Assembly: GCA_030390025.1 (NCBI GenBank)
Contig: CM059431.1
Location: 115,632,001-115,696,000 of the forward strand
Origin: Squalus acanthias
Taxonomy: Eukaryota
Reading direction: 5' to 3'
Length of the DNA: 64,000 bases
The notes under the pieces were generated by a model. That model ran no database searches and was not told where the DNA came from. It saw only the letters and a list, made by a program, of their open reading frames with translations. The translations under genes were made by a program, and so were the position numbers. Positions 13,701 through 25,253 of this stretch are shown in pieces (the stretch's first letter is position 1; each line of letters opens with the position of its first letter).

Positions 13701-14506
13701 GCTGATAAGTGGCAAGTAACATTTGCGCCACAAAAGTGCCAGGCAATGTCTATCTCCAACAAGTGAGAGTCTAACCACCTCCCCTTGACAGTCAACAGCA
13801 TTACCATTGCCAAATTCCCCACCATCAACATCCTGGGGGTCACCATTGACCAGAAACTTAACTGGACCGCCACATAAATACTGTGGCTACAAGATCAGGT
13901 TAGAGGCTGGGTATTCTGCGGCGAGTGTCTCACCTCCTGACTTCCCAAAGCCTTTCCACCATCTACAAGGCACAAGTCAGGAGGGTGATGGAATACTCTC
14001 CACTTGCCTGGATGAGTGCAGCTCCAACAGCACTCAAAAAGCTCGACACCATCCAGGACAAAGCAGCCCGTTGATTGGCACACAATCCACCAGCTTGATC
14101 ATTCACTCCCTCCACCACCGGTGCACCGTGGCTGCAGTGTGTACCATCTACAAGATGCACTGCACCAACTCGCCAAAGCTTCTTCGGCAGCACCTCCCAA
14201 ATCCGCGGCCTCTACCACCTAGAAGGACAAGGGCAGCAGGCGCATGGGAACACCATCACCTGCAAGTTCCCCTTCAAGTTACACATCATCCTGACTTGGA
14301 AATATATCGCCGTTCCTTCATCATTGCTGGGTCAAAATCCTGGAACTCCCTCCCTAACAGCACTGTGGGAGTACCTTCATCACACGGACTGCAGCAGTTT
14401 GAGGTGGCGGCTCACCACCACCTTCTCAAGGGCTATTAGGGATGGGCAATAAATGCTGGCCTTGCCAGTGATGCCCACATCCCAGGAACGAATAATAAAA
14501 AAAAAA
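10760..14506 (+). mobile_element. Near full-length single-ORF APE-RT LINE (CR1/L2/jockey-group RT), inactivated by stops and frameshifts
   Basis: APE motifs (PKLGEL...PDIVI, RQDRPTRGG, VGDFNVH). RT motifs (GPDNIP, QFGFR, LDIKAAFDRVWH, GVPQGS.LGP; ATGTTTGCTGATGAT = MFADD after a frameshift). A-tail at 14497-14506. Confidence 0.92.
11082..11730. mobile_element. Harbinger MITE inserted in the LINE endonuclease region
   Basis: TIRs GGGCTGGATTTT / AAAATCCAACCC with ATA TSD (11079-81, 11731-33). Subterminal sequence is shared with 49107-52318. Confidence 0.9.
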
Positions 14507-16329
14507 CTAACAACACACAAGGGTACATCTTGGGTGTTTTATCCAATGTTTATGTAAAGTTTCTGTTAATGTGATGTGAAACATAAAAATCTTTCCTGTC
14601 TTGGACAGATTTGTGTGCACCTTTGGAAGTGGCTTAGTGAGTTGCAGTGAATGGTGAGACATAATGATACCTCCACCAATGATGATGAGTGTGAAAGGAA
14701 TGGCTTGGTCATTGTAGGGATGCTTTATGGTGTTGGTGTGGGGTGGTGCCAACCTGGCACATCATGTGGCAGCCATATGGGTGTACAGCGTAAAGTTAAC
14801 TAATTCTGGCCATGATGAGGCCATCCCTGGCCTCCCAGGTAGAAATGTGCTCAGGTGCTGATGCCCTGTGTCCTGTGCAGCATCAGGTGATTGCGGAGAA
14901 GGTTGATGTTGTTGTTGGTGCTGCTGGTGTTGGGGCTCATCGTGATCCGATTCTGAGGACCAAGGTGAGACAATATAAATGGCACCACTGTTGATGGAAT
15001 AGATGGCAGGTGAAGTACAGATGACAGAAGCATTCTGTCAATGGTGAGAGAGTTCTTCCAATGAGGTGAGACTGGATGGAGACTTTGCTGGAAAGACTTG
15101 CAGCCTGCAGAATCTGTGCTGGAAATGGACTGAGCAACAGCTTCTGCCTGAGGAAAGTGATCATCTGTCAGGTGGGAGCTTTCACTGTACATTTGATGCT
15201 GTCAAGTAATCAGCTGGAGCAATGGCCACAGAACTCCCGCCTCAGGTTGACAGACGTGGTCCCTGAGCTGCGTGAGCCCCGTGGCCTGCAGGGAACTTCA
15301 AATAGTAAGTGAAAAAAGGCTCTTAAGTGCCTGTAAACTACCTGAAAATTATCTCAATTGGGTCGCCCGCCGCTGCCAGGTCGGGTCGGCTCCGCGATGA
15401 CAGACGCGCCTGGGGGAAAGGCGTGTGGGGGCGGGATGACAGCGGGTTCCCGACCCGCTGTCAAAAATAACAACTATCCCACCCGACCCGCCACCGATCG
15501 TGCCCGCTACCACCCCGGAAAATTCCAGCCATGGTGATTGCACTATCAAATTTTTACGCACCTAGTTAAAATAACTTTTGCAGATCGTGGAACTGTCAAT
15601 ATTGATAAATCCTAAGCGTGAGATTTGCAGTCGGGAGCCATATGCCCGAGCCACTGACTTGTGCCAAAAACAAACATTGTTAAAAGCAGTAAGCTGCATC
15701 TGTCACAAGGACTGCAGGCCCAATGAAATGTCAAATTTATTATTGAGATCCGGTGTCACAACCCAGCACCAGTGAACATATCAGTGAGAGCAGACGGTGC
15801 TGCATTTATCATTCACTCAGACAGGTCTGCTGCCTTAATTATGACTGACCTATTTTTGTTCCTGTACACATTCATACATAAAACAAAGCATTCATATGTG
15901 CATATATTCACACGTGCATATGTGTGAATAGTCTCCTCTCTTCCTCTCTTTTCCCATCTTCTTCATTTTCTCTCTTTCAATCTTTTTCTGTAGTTTTGTT
16001 CTCTCTTCACAGCCCTCCTGGCTGTTGGATTGACATTACTGAGGTAAGGGCTAGCTCAGTATTTTCAGGGAGGTAGTAGAAATCCTCTATTAAAACTCTA
16101 AGGCATAAGATTAATAGAGGACTTTAATTGTATCATTTGAATGCTGCGATAGCTACATGTCTCTTGCCCTCCAGTGAGAGAAATTAGAAGAACTACTGAG
16201 AGTTAGCGATATAGTCAAAACAGGTGTGAGATTGCAATCCTCAGGTGGGAGGGCAGATCTCAAACATGAATCTCTCAACCAATGTAGGGGAGTTGGTAAT
16301 TCTACATATCAACACAGACCAAACACCAA

Positions 16330-17036
16330 GGGGGAAAAATTGGGTTGCTTTGTGCCTCCGGGGCGCTAACAGGGCGCAAAGCCCCTAGCGCCTGGGCGCG
16401 GCGATGTTAACGCCTCGCGTGAAATTCAGCGGGATGTTAGCGGCGGCGGTAGCCGGTAGTGCCCCGTGGTGCTGCGCCTCTGGCGATGATGTCATCGCAT
16501 GCGCAGCGCCCCGCTCGCGCCCCGGCCGCGAACTTCAGTTGCGATCCCTGAACTATCGCCGGACGATATGTCCGACAGCGTCAGGGTGGCATTTTTGCAG
16601 CCGCTGGCAGCGCAAATTAAAGGGCAGGTGCTGGGCGGCCATTTTTTTTGGGCCGCCTGCCAGCACCTGACCTCTTTCGCGTCCTAATGCGGGGTGCCGG
16701 CCGCGATCGGCCAGCTCGGCACACCTCTTGAGTGCCGGGCTGTTTTCCCGGTACCCCGCTCCCTGGTGTACTAGCAGGGCCCCAGTGCGTGCTGTGCTAG
16801 GCCCCTCCCCTTTAATCAGAGGAGAGAGGCCTGTGATACCACGCGCTACGTGCTGACATGCGTGGTGCTGTTGCACGTAGCGCCTGCGATATTGAATGGG
16901 AGCGCCCCAGGAAGGAGGGGGAGTGCTTCCAGTAGTGCCCCGCCTCCTGCTTGGGCGCTGCCACTCAATTTACAGCGCGGGGGCGCTAACTTTTTTGGGG
17001 CGCTAAAAGTAGCGGGAGGGACCGAATTTTTCCCCC
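16330..17036. mobile_element. Harbinger-type MITE (CpG-rich)
   Basis: TIRs GGGGGAAAAATT / AATTTTTCCCCC, CAA TSD (16327-29, 17037-39). Confidence 0.9.
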
Positions 17037-18180
17037 CAAGCACCTTGTGAAAATTTTTAAATGCCATTGAAGTGTATACCTCATCATTATTAGTCCATTT
17101 GATTGTCTATTGTAAATTATTAAAAATGTCAACATTTCTCACTATTTATTCCCATAGCAGTTTAATCGCTTGTGTTCAATAATTTATACTATGGGTCCCT
17201 TCCCTTTTTCTGTACTGGTAGACATTCTGCCATGATACTCAGCATTTCTATGGATTGGTCTCTTACTTTCCACCACTGATGCTGACAATCAGTGCTTGGT
17301 GCATTATCATTAGGAATGAGCTGAGGTTTAGGCTGTGATACATAAATGTTTTGTGTTTACTCCCAAGTAACAGACATTGTGATATATAATGGCAGTCAAT
17401 ATTGCGTGGTGTTGCACAAGGGGAATTGCGACCATGTGCAATCTTAAGGTAAAGTGGGGATAGAGGCCAGGGTATAATTGGACCAAGGCACTCAGACGTA
17501 ATGTAGTCCTGATTTTAAAGTCAGGCATTCTGTTCTCAATTTTGTATTTTCATTATACACTCTTTTGTCCACATTTATAATTGGAACCGCCTATAGAAAT
17601 GTGTCATGCTATAATTACACACTCCTGCAAGTGGTGGCACTGCAGCATCTTTGGGAGGGGGGTGCGAAGCTATAATTACAGCATGACAAGTTTTACACAG
17701 GCACTTGCCATTACAAATGGGGGGCATAGGAATTCATAATGGTACAAGTTGAAATCAATGGGATGAAAATTGGGCTGGTTCTATAATGGACGGGTGATCT
17801 GCTCCATCAGATTACCAATCAGGCAGTGAACTTGAAAATTATTCCATTGTCTCTGTCAGCTTAATGCATGTTCTGCAATTCATAGAACATAAAACAACAG
17901 CTACAACAGGTTTATACTTTTTTTTCTCGCTCACTCACACACACACAGCCTCTCTGCTTTAAAAAAAAGCACATAGTGTAATTGTGTCCTCTAGCTTTAC
18001 TTTAAATAATTTTGAAAATCCTTTGAGCAGCAACTGCTAGCAAGTAAAAAGACATACTCCATTAGTTCAACTAATTGAACACTGCTGATGAATCCTGGGA
18101 AATTAGGTACCCCCCCTCACATGCTCAGACTTCACAATAGAATTTTAGCTAGCTGAATCACAGCTCTGGCTGAACATATG

Positions 18181-18944
18181 GGCCCGAAAATTAGACCTAA
18201 TACGCGAGAGTACGCACTGTGTACTCTCGCGTATTAGTTCCAGAATTGCCGGTTTCTCGCATGCACTGCGCATGCACGGGAAACCGGCACTTCGTGTATT
18301 GCAAAGGGGGCGGTTCCTAAGTGAACCGCGTGCGCGCTACAGGCTGTGCGCACGCAGTGCACTTAGTTTTTTTTTCAGGTTTGAACGCGCAGGTAAGTGG
18401 TGAAGATTTTACACATAAAGAAAGCAGGCGTAGGACCCCCTTTTAACAAGGTAAGTAGTTAATTAAGTGTTATTTTAAATTTTTTTCAACAGGTTTATCT
18501 TTTTTAGAGACTTTAAAGAAAGGTAAGTTTATTTTTATAACTTTTAAAAAGATTTTAAATTTTTTCAAAAATTTAATTTTTTGTTTAAAGTGGTTAATTT
18601 ATTTAACTATAGTTATTTTATTAATGTGATGGCTTTTTAAAAAAATTAATTGAGGTTTAGCTGTTCTTTTGGGGGCTTGTAGTATTCATAGCTTTGACAG
18701 CCCTTGCTGTCAAAACTATGAATGAAAGATGGTGTGCTGCCATTGGCTCTAACTGGCCCACGTGATCCCAGAGCTCGCACAAACTAATTGCGCCTCTGGG
18801 ACACGCAAGCACTGCACGCCGGCAACAGGGAGAGGCCCTGAAACTGAAGTTCGTGTGGGCCCGAAACAAAAAGGTAGGCGCGGAGTGCGATATCGCGGGG
18901 AATCCTTACCCCCGCGGGAACAATCAATGTTTAATTTCTGGGCC
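18181..18944. mobile_element. Harbinger-type MITE with hairpin-rich ends and an AT-rich core
   Basis: TIRs GGCCCGAAAATT / AATTTCTGGGCC, ATG on both flanks. Confidence 0.8.
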
Positions 18945-19289
18945 ATGAAGTCCAAGCCTAGGCTTTAGGGAATGCTAAGGCCTTCAAGTAAACACTAAAA
19001 TCTTTAATTAAGGCTCTAAAAGACACTAAATAAAATTACATTGATAAATGTAATCATGTTATTATGAAATATGTAATTTTCAAACTTTATATTTGGTATA
19101 AATCCTTATTTTGGATATTAGAAATGTCAATTACTGAGAAAGAAATCATGGATTTTTTTTCCAGGAAGCATCTTGGCCAGATTGTGGAACCAGTGTTGAG
19201 TTTACATAGGCAAACCCCATTGTAAGAACAGACATAGAAATATATAATCGGGAAAAGTCGACACAAAATGTGTGACAAAAACAAATTTG

Positions 19290-19845
19290 CCTAACAAGTA
19301 TCTACCAATCTTCATACTGAAGATTTCAATTGACCCAGCATCCACAGACTTTTGGGGGAGAGTTCTAGATTTCCACTACCCTTCATGCGAAAAAGTGCTT
19401 CCTGATTTCACTCCTGAACAGCCTAGCTCTAACTTTAAGATTGCGCTCTCCTTGTTCTGGATCCCCCCCCACCAGAGGAATATGTATCTGAATCTACCCT
19501 ATTGAATCCTTTTGTCATTTTCAACACCTCGATTAGATCACCCCTCGACCTTCTATATTCAAGGGAACACATGCCAAGCCTATGCAATCCGCCCTCATAA
19601 TTAAACCCTTTAAGCCCTGGTATCTGCACTGTATCCCCTCCAAGGCCAATATACCCTTGCTGAGGTATGGTGCCCAGAACTGAAGGTGGTAGCCCAGATG
19701 GGGTCTGACCAAGACTCTGTAAAACTGAAGCATAACTTCCATCCCAACCCGCTCCGCCCCCCCAGTTTATTCCAACCCCCTTGAGATAAAGTCTAATATT
19801 CCATTAGCCCTTTTGATTGCTTTTTGTACCTGTCCACTAGCTCTT
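19290..19845 (-). mobile_element. Decayed CR1 LINE 3' fragment
   Basis: ORF pieces EVMLQFYRVLVRPHL...QFWAPYL and SLEYRRSRGDLIEV. Confidence 0.85.
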
Positions 19846-19922
19846 AGATATGGTGGGCACCCCAGAAAAGAGGGCAGGCGTGACAGGAGATGTAGCTGAC
19901 CGTACCTGGCTGTATTGGTGGA

Positions 19923-20307
19923 TCATCAAAACATATAAAATTCTGACAGGTCTGGACAAACTAGATGCAGGAAGAATGTTCCCGATGGTCGGAGAGTCCA
20001 GAACCAGGGGTCATAATCTAAGGATAAGGGGTAAGCCATTTAGGACAGAAATGAGGAAGAATTTCTTCACCCAGAGAGTGGCGAACCTGTGGAATTCTCT
20101 ACCACAGAAGGTAGTTGAGGCCAAGTCATTAAATATATTCAAGAATGAGTTAGATATATTTCTTAAAGCTAAAGGTATCAAGGGATATGGGGAGAAGGCA
20201 GGTACAGAGTTTGGATGATCAGCCATGATCTCATCGAATGGCGGAGCAGGCTCGAGGGGCCGAATGGCCTACTCCTGCTCCTATCTTCTATGTTTCTATG
20301 TTTCTAT
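19923..20307 (+). mobile_element. CR1 LINE 3' end
   Basis: YKILTGLDKLDAGRMFPM...TRGHNLRIRG...FFTQRVANLWNSLP, with a (TTCTATGT)n tail. Confidence 0.92.
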
Positions 20308-20802
20308 AAGGAAGGTGGAATAGAGAACCCAAACCCATCTACCTTTTATATTGTCTTCACTTCAAATGATTCCGTCTTGGATTCTATTGTGCACTTCAAG
20401 TTACTTATTGTCAGAGCCAGTTCAATATGCAGAATTCATAAACTCCATGTCAACAATTGGACACCAGAATTTGGGGCAAATCTGACCTTCAGCTGCTAAT
20501 GTTGACAGCATATAAATATCATGGTTTGAAGCTGTTTTATTTATTAATTGCTACTTAGCAAAATAACATCTCAATTGTGAATTTCCTATAATTTCTGAGA
20601 CTCTATGTTTTATAGAGCACATGAATATTTTGATAAAAGATGGATTCAAAGCAGGCAGCCTTTTGAAGTTTACTTTTTTCTTAGAGTTCAAATTTAAAAA
20701 AAGAATAATTCAGACGAACCATTTGACTGTTTTCCTTTCAGCAAATTCAAAAATGCTTCATTTAAAAACAAAATTCTTTTAAAAATGGTTCCGTTATGCT
20801 AT

Positions 20803-21069
20803 CATAGAAACATAGAAACATAGAATCTAGGAGCAGGAGTAGGCTATTCGGCCCGTCGAGCCTGCTCCACCATTCAATACGATCATGGCTGATCATCCAA
20901 ATCCAGTACCCTGTCCCTGCTTTAATCCCCACAGTACACATATCCCACCCTACCCCCGTATTTAATTCCCCCTAACATATCCCATCCTATCCCCACATAT
21001 TTAATCCCCCCCTAACACTAAGGGTCAATTTATCATAGCCAAATCAACCTAACCCGCACATTTTTGGAC
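20803..21069 (-). mobile_element. 5'-truncated HE1-type SINE
   Basis: Reverse complement of the 3' half of the SINE at 24839-25253, with a CR1-type (CATAGAAA)n tail. Confidence 0.85.
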
Positions 21070-21250
21070 CCGCACTAACCTTTCCCTGGGTTGAGGTGCA
21101 AACACAAATTTCCAAACAAGGCTCCCCAATCAGATTGGTCAGGAAGGTACAAGGTATGTTGACCCACCACATACTGTGCACATGCTGGTTAACCTGTGAA
21201 AGGGATCGATTTGTATAGGCTTGTGCAAATTTCCCAGGTCAAGCCCAGAG

Positions 21251-21564
21251 CAACAACTTGCATTTATATAGTGCCTTTAATGTAGTATAATGTCCCAAGG
21301 CGCTTCACAGCAGTGTTATCCGACAAAAATTGACACCGAGCTGAAGAAGGAGTCATTAGGATAAGTGGCCAAAAGCTTGGACAAAGAGGTAGGTTTTAAG
21401 GGAGTCTTAAAGGGGGAGAGCGAGCTGGAGAGGTTTAGGGAGGGAATTCCAGAGCTTAGGGCCTAGACTGCTGAAAGCATGGGCGCCAATGGTGGAGCGA
21501 AGGAAATCGGGGATGCACAAGAGGCCAGAATTGGGGGCATGCAGAGTTCTCGGAGGGTTATAAG
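21251..21564 (-). mobile_element. L2 LINE 3' fragment, interrupted by a hAT MITE
   Basis: CAACAACTTGCATTTATATAG tail, similar to 2871-3150. Confidence 0.85.
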
Positions 21565-21639
21565 CAATGATCCCTCTAAGCTGCGGGGCCGCGCAGCTCT
21601 CAGCCGGTCCCGCACTGCCTGGGACCAGCTTTTCTTAAT

Positions 21640-22103
21640 ATAAAAATAGAAAATGCTGGAGATACTCAGCAGGTCAGGCAGCATCTGTGAAGAGAGAAAC
21701 AGAGTTAACGTTTCAGGTCGATGACCTTTCATCAGAACTGGAAAAACGTAGGAAATGGAACAGATTTTTAAGCAAGTGTAAGGGCAGGGAAATGGGGGAG
21801 GGGATGAAAGAACAAAAGGGAAGGTCTGTGATATGATAGGAGGCAGGAGAGGTTAAGAGACATTAAGAGATATTCAAGGCAAAAGGAATTGGTAATGGGA
21901 CAGGTTAAGAAACAAAGGATGGCTCGAGATGAAGTGTGAATTGCGCTGGCAGAATGAAAGACAGCCGTCATGTGGGAGGGAAGAAAAAAAGGCACAAACA
22001 AAAAGTGTGGATAAAATATATATATGTGATAGGGGCCGAGGTTATGATCTGAAATTGTTGAACTCTATGTTGAGTCCAGAAGGCTGTAAAGTGCCTAATC
22101 GAA
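21640..22103 (-). mobile_element. Penelope-like element (family A): end of the GIY-YIG ORF plus 3' UTR
   Basis: Minus strand reads FRLGTLQPSGLNIEFNNFRS* (PLE endonuclease C-terminus). Flanks AGCTTTTCTTAAT / AGCTTTTCCAAT look like a TSD. Confidence 0.85.
21703..21739 (-). ncRNA. Minimal type I hammerhead ribozyme motif (family A, intact)
   Basis: AGUU-CUGAUGA-A-AGGUC(AUC)GACCU-GAAA-CG-UU-AACU: stem I AGUU/AACU, 5-bp stem II, palindromic AACGUU in place of stem III. Confidence 0.8.
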
Positions 22104-24838
22104 AGCTTTTCCAATGTTAAGTTTTGCGCATGCGTGAAACTTAAAGGGGCCACGCACTCAAAAAAAATTAGAGGAACATTGGTTGCAAGGCTGATGTTTT
22201 ATGGCTAATTTTGGTTGTTAGGTATTCAGTGACCCCCTGAAAGTGTATGTGTGCATATTTGATGAGTACAGGATTGCGCTCAGATAGGATACCCCTCCTC
22301 AATCAAATAGGCTACTGACTCTCTTACGATTCTCACATAAATAATGGTTAATTAGGTGAGCTACAAGTGGGTGCCAGATATTCGTGGAACCGTATACCTG
22401 TTTAGAGCCAATGCCTTTGCTCCTCTATCCTCCCTTCCCGAAGTATGCTCTCAGCTTCTCCCGCCATAGTGCTGCTCCCAATTTCGCCCATCTTCTCCCT
22501 CAAAAAAAGTACTTATCCTATTTTCTCCCGCTCTCGTCCCTCTGAGGTTTTACCTTCCATCACTGGTGCTGCCACACAATCTTGGCAGAAATTCCTGATC
22601 CTGTTGGTAAAGAACAGGAGGAAGCAGCATAGAGAAGAATAGCAGAGAGTGAGTCACACGATCCAGTGAGAAGTTTTAACCAGGTTACGGCAGGGAGCAG
22701 TGGAGAAAATGGTCCAGCCCTGAACAAACTGGTGAGTAAGTAATACATAATAAAAAATGATTCCATGGTGAGTGTTTGTAGTGAAAGCAAATCTTTCTTG
22801 ACAAGGATTTGAATAATAATTCAAATGCAGAACTGACCCTACGGGTTGGTAGAAAAGGAAGTCCATAAACAGAAAAGATTTTCTACGCAGCTTGCGTGCA
22901 ATGCCTGGACCCAGGTTGGACGTTGCAAACCTTTCAAAGGAAAACAATTTTTGGAAACCTTCACTTTTCCTGCTGCGTGGCAATCCTTTAGTTGGGTGTC
23001 GCTTCCTCCTTCAGCCACTTTAGTGATATGAGTTATGAGGAGTGTCCAGCAGTGCCTCTATTGTAAACAGTGAAGACACAACTTTAAACCGGCCTGGGTC
23101 CCCTCTACAGCCTATGCTAAAAACCGGAGCATTTAAAGCCATGAACTGCAAATGTGCAATTCTTATGCCATCGATGATAGCACATCTGAACATAAAAGAC
23201 CTAACCGCTGTAGAGTCGATGGCTTTTTATCGCATACACAGTTTCTTTTTTCCTGGCTCTTCAGAGATGGCCACCCCTGAGATAAATGAATTAGAACGAC
23301 AGTTAATCTAAGGTCACTGTAACGGGATCAGTGCTTAACTGCTCCAGTTTCCGGGTCAACTTATCAGGTTTTTAAATGGTATGTATATGTCCTATTATGT
23401 TTCGTATGGGGGAAGCCTATGACAACAAAATGGAAGTGAACTATTTTTGAGGGGAGGAAGAGGGTTGGATAATGGTATTTGGTAATGCAGTTTATTAGAG
23501 GCATCTCTAGAAGGGAAAGAAGGACAATCAATTTACAAAGGATCTATTGCTTTATAACCTAATTACACCTGCATGGTCTGGTGTTGACCCATGATTAGAT
23601 CAACCTTACTACATCAGGTTGATCAAGCAGAGAATCATGGGTACCACCTGGTCAGCACAGTAAAGCATCCACTGTGACTGACATATTTACTTTAGACTGC
23701 CAGTGATGCTATCTGGAGCAGTAGCACAAACAATGGCTCGTCATTTGCACTTTTTTATTTGCTAGGCAAACTAGCTGGCTTTCTTGTGAACCTTCTGACC
23801 TACGGCTGACCTCTGTAATTGTGGGCCACGACCTTTTGTGTTCTTTCATGAATGTTTGCAAAGGGACCTGTCAGAAAGTGTCGCCATCACTTGCATACTG
23901 CAAGGTCAGGAACAGCATGAGATTTCCAACTTCCTGTTCAACCAAATAAAAGAGAGAGAAAAAAAAGGGGGTGGGGGGACAGGGGAAGAGAGAAAGAAAG
24001 AATCCCAGCTGTGGTGTGGTGATGCTCGCATCACTTTCCAGCAATAATAGTACCATCAGATTACCTCACCCAGAGGTGCACTGTCAGGCCATAGTTCATG
24101 GGTCAGTGCTCCCATGTAATGCCTGCTGAATCAGATGCAGTGCAATGGGAGATAGTGTTTCAGATAGCAATTACATAACACCCTACAGCAAATAACAGAC
24201 CGCACATATTTAAATGGGGTATGCAAAAATTACAGCTATGGTAAAGCTGACAATCATTCTGCCGATGAATCATTGACTGTTCTGTTTGCTCATGATTCCA
24301 CGTAGGCTAGTATTTCAGCTTTGGGAAGAGATTCTCAATGAACAGCTTAGCCAGTGATCGCTGAACCTTGAACCAGTTCCGGAATACTTTTCTGAGTCAG
24401 TAATCAGAATTCTGGATAATGTATATATGCATGGCATCTGTTTTGATAATCTCCAGCACTGTAGACTTTACAGCATTTTTCCACCATCTATATTGTAGTT
24501 AATCATACATGCCAATCAATTTAACACAACAATCAGCATTTTGGAATTAGTTTGTGGACTTTTATGCCACTCCCTGCTCCACTCCCTTACGCTTACCTGA
24601 AATCTTTGCCCTGGGGGATCAAAACTCTGTCACTCGCTGGATGGAAAATTGTGAGCAAAGCCCGATATTTCTTAATATAAGCAATTGGTGGGCTAATTTC
24701 CCTGCCAGCAGTGAAAACTCAGAAAATTGGCCCTATAATGTTAATAATATTGTTGCAAATTCCTGGAAATACCTGGAGTTCAATTTGAAGTACGGGCTGG
24801 AGCTTGAATTAATAGGTTGTGTTTTATCACCCATTGTG

Positions 24839-25253
24839 GGGCAACACGGTGGCATAGTGGTTAGCACTGGTGCCTCACAGCGCCAGGGACCTGGGTTCGA
24901 ATCCGGCCTCGGGTGACTGTCTGTGTGGAGTTTGCACATTCTCCCCGTGTCTGCGTGGGTTTCCTCCGGGTGCTCCGGTTTCCTCCCACAGTCCAAAAAT
25001 CTGCGGGTTAGGTTGATTTGGCTATGATAAATTGACCCTTAGTGTTAGGGGGGGATTAAACATGTGGGGTTACGGGGATAGGATGGGGTGGGGTTACGGG
25101 GATAGGGTGGGATATGTGTCGGTGCAGGCTCGATGGGGATTCTGTGTGGGAAAGCAGGGACAGGGTACTGGATTTGGATGATCAGCCATGATCGTATTGA
25201 ATGGTGGAGCAGGCTCGAATGACCTACTCCTGCTCCTAGTTTCTATGTTTTTC
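24839..25253 (+). mobile_element. Full-length HE1-type V-SINE
   Basis: A box TGGCATAGTGG, B box GGTTCGAATCC, V-domain GGGTTTCCTCCGGGTGCTCCGGTTTCCTCCCAC, CR1-derived tail. Confidence 0.92.

Larger units (their letters stand above)
10024..15530. mobile_element. Internally deleted Harbinger transposon hosting a LINE insertion
   Basis: TIRs GGCTGGAATTTTC / GAAAATTCCAGCC, flanks GTG/ATG. Myb exon at 10315 (+), transposase 5' remnant at ~14780-15000 (-). Second copy inverted at 54966-56656. Confidence 0.85.
21565..22181. mobile_element. hAT-type MITE hosting a Penelope fragment
   Basis: TIRs CAATGATCCCTCTAA / TTAGAGGAACATTG. 8-bp flanks GTTATAAG / GTTGCAAG (6/8) fit a hAT TSD. Confidence 0.7.

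Noticed and set aside
22590..22745. Possible host exon ending at CTG|GTGAGT
   Set aside because: The frame leading to the donor has an in-frame TAG, there is no convincing acceptor, and the peptide is unrecognisable.
24839..24915. tRNA gene
   Set aside because: The A and B boxes run straight into the V-SINE body and CR1 tail. It is a SINE head.
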